NCBI RefSeq assembly: GCF_009914755.1
Contig: NC_060933.1
DNA from: the human T2T-CHM13v2.0 reference genome, Homo sapiens
DNA: 64,000 bases
Strand: one strand, 5' to 3'
Shown: one piece after another, positions 59,884 through 64,000 of the stretch
Position numbering within the stretch: position 1 is the stretch's first letter
How the letters are laid out: each line of letters starts with the position of its first letter
Notes under the pieces: generated by a model
Database searches by the model: none
The model's input: the letters and a program-made list of their open reading frames with translations, nothing else
What the model was told of the DNA's origin: nothing
Translations under genes and position numbers: made by a program

Positions 59884-61354
59884 AATGTTAAATATGTTTT
59901 ATAATAAATCTCTTGTAGAAAGAATACATTTAGTCATGAGACCTCAGCTAATTCCTGCTCCTAGAGAAATAGTATTCAACAAGGTTCTTAATCCCTGAAT
60001 CAGATGAGAATTTGTGATTTCAAAGCCCTCTACTTTAAGATGACCAAACACTTGAAGAGAAGCTGGGACTTTGTCCCAAGGTCATGGTGACTAAACCCCT
60101 GCTTGAGTGTTGAGATTCCCTTGAACAATCAGCGAAGTTCAACTGATGCTTCCAACTCTGAAAATAAATTTCTCCTGGGAGCTTTAGACTTTTGTCTACA
60201 CCACTTCTCTCTTAGGGCTATCCAGAATGCCTTTTATGGAATTCTAGACCAGGCATCTACATGCTCTGTGCCTCTTCCTGGCTTTGTCTACCTTGAACCT
60301 ACCCTAACCCCATGACCCCAGCCCCTTCAGACCCAACCTGTTTCTAGTACTAGCATTGAGCACCTGTGCCTAGTACCTACTTGGACCTACACATTGCCAA
60401 ACATTGCCTGTGCCTGTATGACCTGCCCCTGCCTTGTCTCAGATCAGGAGCCTGGAGTCCTGGCTGGTTTCCATATAATAATCAGCTTAAGAAGATATTT
60501 AACAACAAATTAAAAAAATCAACTGATGAATCAGCACCAAAACACACTAAGTAAAATCTCCAGAGTTACCTGGACTTCCTGAGTAAATATTTTACTATGA
60601 ATGAGGAATTCAGCAGAGTTCAGACAAACAGAAAAAGCATGCATCTCATCTTTCTTCCCTCGATTTCTAAACAAAAAATAAGAACGAGTGTAATAACATA
60701 TTCACGTTACAATAAATGAACTTGAAAGACTGAATATATTGAATTACAAAAAAATAATGTTGAAATGTATTTGAATCAAATGATTTAATATACTGGTAAG
60801 AAAAGCTGAGTTGATGGGGGAAAGGGAAGACGCTGGTCAAAGGGTACAAACTTCCAGTTATGAGTAAGTTCTGGGGATCTAACATACAGCATGGTGACGA
60901 TACTTAATAGTACTCATTTCACAGTATATATGTATATCACCATCATAAGTAGAACTTAAATACAGTTTTGCTTGTCATTATACATCAATAAAGCTAGGAG
61001 GAAAAAGAAAAGATAAGCTGAATTGCCAAGTACCTTTAATTCTCTTTCACATAAGCCCATTTCTTATAAAATATTCCTTAAACTTGGTGTAGTCATTAAA
61101 ATTGAATTCATCTTCCATATGATTCCTTAGCCCTTTAAAATCTTTTTAAAATAATATCACCCTCATCCAATGGGTTTTTATAAAATGTGGATTATATATA
61201 ACTTAGATGCTGCATATTTCTCCAAAGCAAGCATCCAGCATATAAACATAAGATAATCATATTTTTCCATGTTTGCTGAATCTGAAAGGATAAAAAAAAT
61301 TAATTCCAAGTGTTGTCAAACTGCAAACTATGATATAAAGTCTTAAAAGATTTA

Positions 61355-61666
<312 letters not shown>

Positions 61667-62443
61667 TCAAGAGAATTCTAATCTTTACCCATTCTTCCAT
61701 GTTGTAATGAGAAGCATTAGTAGTGTTGCCCAATGTGAAGGAATTAGTGCCACCTGAGCCTGACCCCACAAAGACACAGAAAGATGCAAATACCTGGAGT
61801 TCTCCCAAGTTTGGCCTGAGCTTGTTGGACTAGGTTAGTTAAATGGTGGGGTGCCAAGTCTTTAAACAGCCAGAGCAAAGTTGAAAATAGAAAGCATAAA
61901 GGCACTTAATACTAATAATAGGACTGGGAGAATGATTCTTGCAAACTGATTTCAAGTCCTCCATTTTAAGACAAGGCTCCCAGGGCCTCAAAGGTTGGGT
62001 ATTGTCAAGGGTATCATGCACAGCAATGGAAGAACTGGCAATTGAATCATGGTCTCCCATCTCACGTGGTCTCCAACTTACTTTATGGACTTCTAATTTA
62101 AAATCTTTCTTTTAAACTCTTCAGTTTTAAAAGAGGGTGGGGGGAATGAACACTAAAATCCTACCAAGGTAAAAAAAACAAAAATCCTAGTGCAGTAATA
62201 ATTCTTACCATTATATTCAAATCAACAAGAAGCAATGAAATACTCACCCAACCATCTGATCTTCACTTACAAAAAACTTAACTTCAGTGTTATAATTTCT
62301 TACAAATTATGCATAGTTACTAAATTGGTAATTATATTATATAAAAGTATTTTTTAATCCAACCAAATCTATTTCTCCTGCATATCGAACACAACTTTGT
62401 ACAGCTCCTCATACAGAGCAAGCCTTCAAAAAACCCTGCTATT

Positions 62444-62741
62444 GCCGGGCGCGGTGGCTCAAGTCTGTAATCCCAGCACTTTGGGAGGCCAAGGCGGGCG
62501 GATTACGAGGTCAGGAGATCGAGACCATCCTGGCTAACACGGTAAAACCCTGTCTCTACTAAAAATGCAAAAAAAAATTAGCCGGGCATGGTGGCGGGTG
62601 CCTGTAGTCCCAGCTACTCAGGAGGCTGAGGCAGGAGAATGGCGTGCCCGGCAAGCAGAGCTTGCAGTGAGCCAAGATCGCGCCACTGCACTCCAGCCTG
62701 GGTGACACAGCAAGACTCCGTCTCAAAAAAAAAAAAAAAAA
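62444..62741 (+). mobile_element. AluY
   Basis: AluY diagnostics, CpG-rich, with TSD aaaaaaccctgctatt. Confidence 0.95.
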
Positions 62742-63362
62742 CCCTGCTATTTAGCAATATACTATATTGCTCTAATACAAAACTACTTCAACAAACACCA
62801 ACACCCATCTCCCCCAAAAAATCCTTGACATTCCTATTTGACTTTTGTCAAGTAAGAAAAAAAAGCCACAAACAGGAAGGCCTACTAAGTATCACAAAAA
62901 ATGCCAACTCATCAAAGAAGATTGCCTTCCACCTGTCTTTCCCTTCCGGTTTTCTATTTTGCTTCTGTTACTATTTCTTCCATGACTCTGCAATCCCACG
63001 CACACACCCCTGCTCAGTCCTTCACAGAGTTAACACATTCTCATCTGCAGACCTAACCAAATGTCAGTTCCCCAGGGAAATCCTGAATCACCCCCAAAGT
63101 CAGATGAGGTTCCCCATTTAATCGCTTTTGCTCTTTTCCCCCACAGAATTTATCATGCAGAGTATTTATACATTTCGATGTTTTTTTTTTTGGTTCATAT
63201 GCTCCATCCCACTAGACTCTATGCTTCATGCCACCAGTGATAACGACTGCTTTACTCATCACTCTATTCCCAGCTACTAGCAAAATAACCGATACTGTAT
63301 TTAACAAATGGATGTTGAAAAATGAATGAACCTGATTTTAGACAGCACAGCAACAGACTAGA

Positions 63363-63592
63363 TCAGCGTCTTTCAAACTGCAGTTCATGACTAGATAAGT
63401 GTTTTCAAAATGTATGAGTTATAACCAGTACTTTTTAAAATGAAAATGAACAAATTATCATAGGAAAAAATAGAAAAGAAAATGTCAGAGTTTACTATGT
63501 GTAGTAAACTATATACAACTAATGTCTCATTCAAATGTATGGACAAACATTTCTAACTATGGGTCATGACTAAAAAGTTTGAAAGCCACTGA
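63363..63592. mobile_element. hAT-Charlie MITE (MER103-like), preceded by an L2 3' end (about 63000-63330)
   Basis: Inverted ends cagcgtctttcaaact and agtttgaaagccactg. The L2 end is gttgaaaaatgaatgaa. Confidence 0.6.
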
Positions 63593-64000
63593 ACTAAATG
63601 TCCCAATAAAACTCATCACAATTTCCAGTTAAAATGCTCAAGAAGGTGCACACAAAGACAAAAATTGGCAATAGCACTAAAAATATACGAGGAAAAAGCA
63701 GCCAAAGTCAAGGCATTATTTCCACTAACTACATAGTACAAAAAATGGGTAAGAAGCATGTTCTTGGACCATATGCACAATGCATACCACACCTTTTGAA
63801 CTTCAACAAGATAGATTCTCTAACAAATGTAGAAAAAAATCCTGAGTTGAACTCAGGAAATGCAGAAGATGCAACTGGCCAGATAAATCTGAAGGGCGTA
63901 ATATTAGACTGAACCGTACAAAACTACCATTTTATAGGTCAAGAGCAGTCAAATACCAGCAATCTCATATGATTCAACTTACCAATGAAGATAATGAAAA

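Noticed and set aside
62236-62260. Strong minus-strand donor-like motif TGG|gtgagta
   Set aside because: No convincing acceptor or polypyrimidine tract at a plausible exon distance.

Overview
This is primate, almost certainly human, genomic DNA: about 64 kb of repeat-dense, mostly intronic sequence inside LPAR1 (lysophosphatidic acid receptor 1, EDG2), which is transcribed on the minus strand. The gene is identified by a 148-nt exon (11883->11736) ending in ATG GCT GCC ATC TCT ACT TCC ATC CCT GTA ATT TCA CAG CCC CAG|gtaag, which encodes MAAISTSIPVISQPQ, the LPA1 N-terminus. A 78-nt 5'UTR exon (13221->13144) precedes it. Together the two exons (226 nt over a 1486-bp span) match the known circular RNA circLPAR1. 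An alternative phase-0 coding exon (39106->39059, MLLLLIPAHSSVLENE) sits just downstream of a sense-oriented MLT1A-like LTR, and a further candidate 5'UTR exon lies at 51366->51224. The promoter exons and the main 7TM exons are outside the window. The rest is Alu, L1, L2, L3, MIR, MaLR/ERV LTR and DNA-transposon fossils plus microsatellites. None of the supplied six-frame ORFs is a credible gene. I find no new gene system. The most interesting structure is a possible splicing switch linking alternative N-termini, uORFs and the AUG-containing circRNA, plus several clean local template-copy events (a 93-bp inverted duplication and a 23-bp copy replacing an Alu tail). Repeat subfamily names and boundaries were judged by eye, and database identifiers are recalled from memory and need verification.
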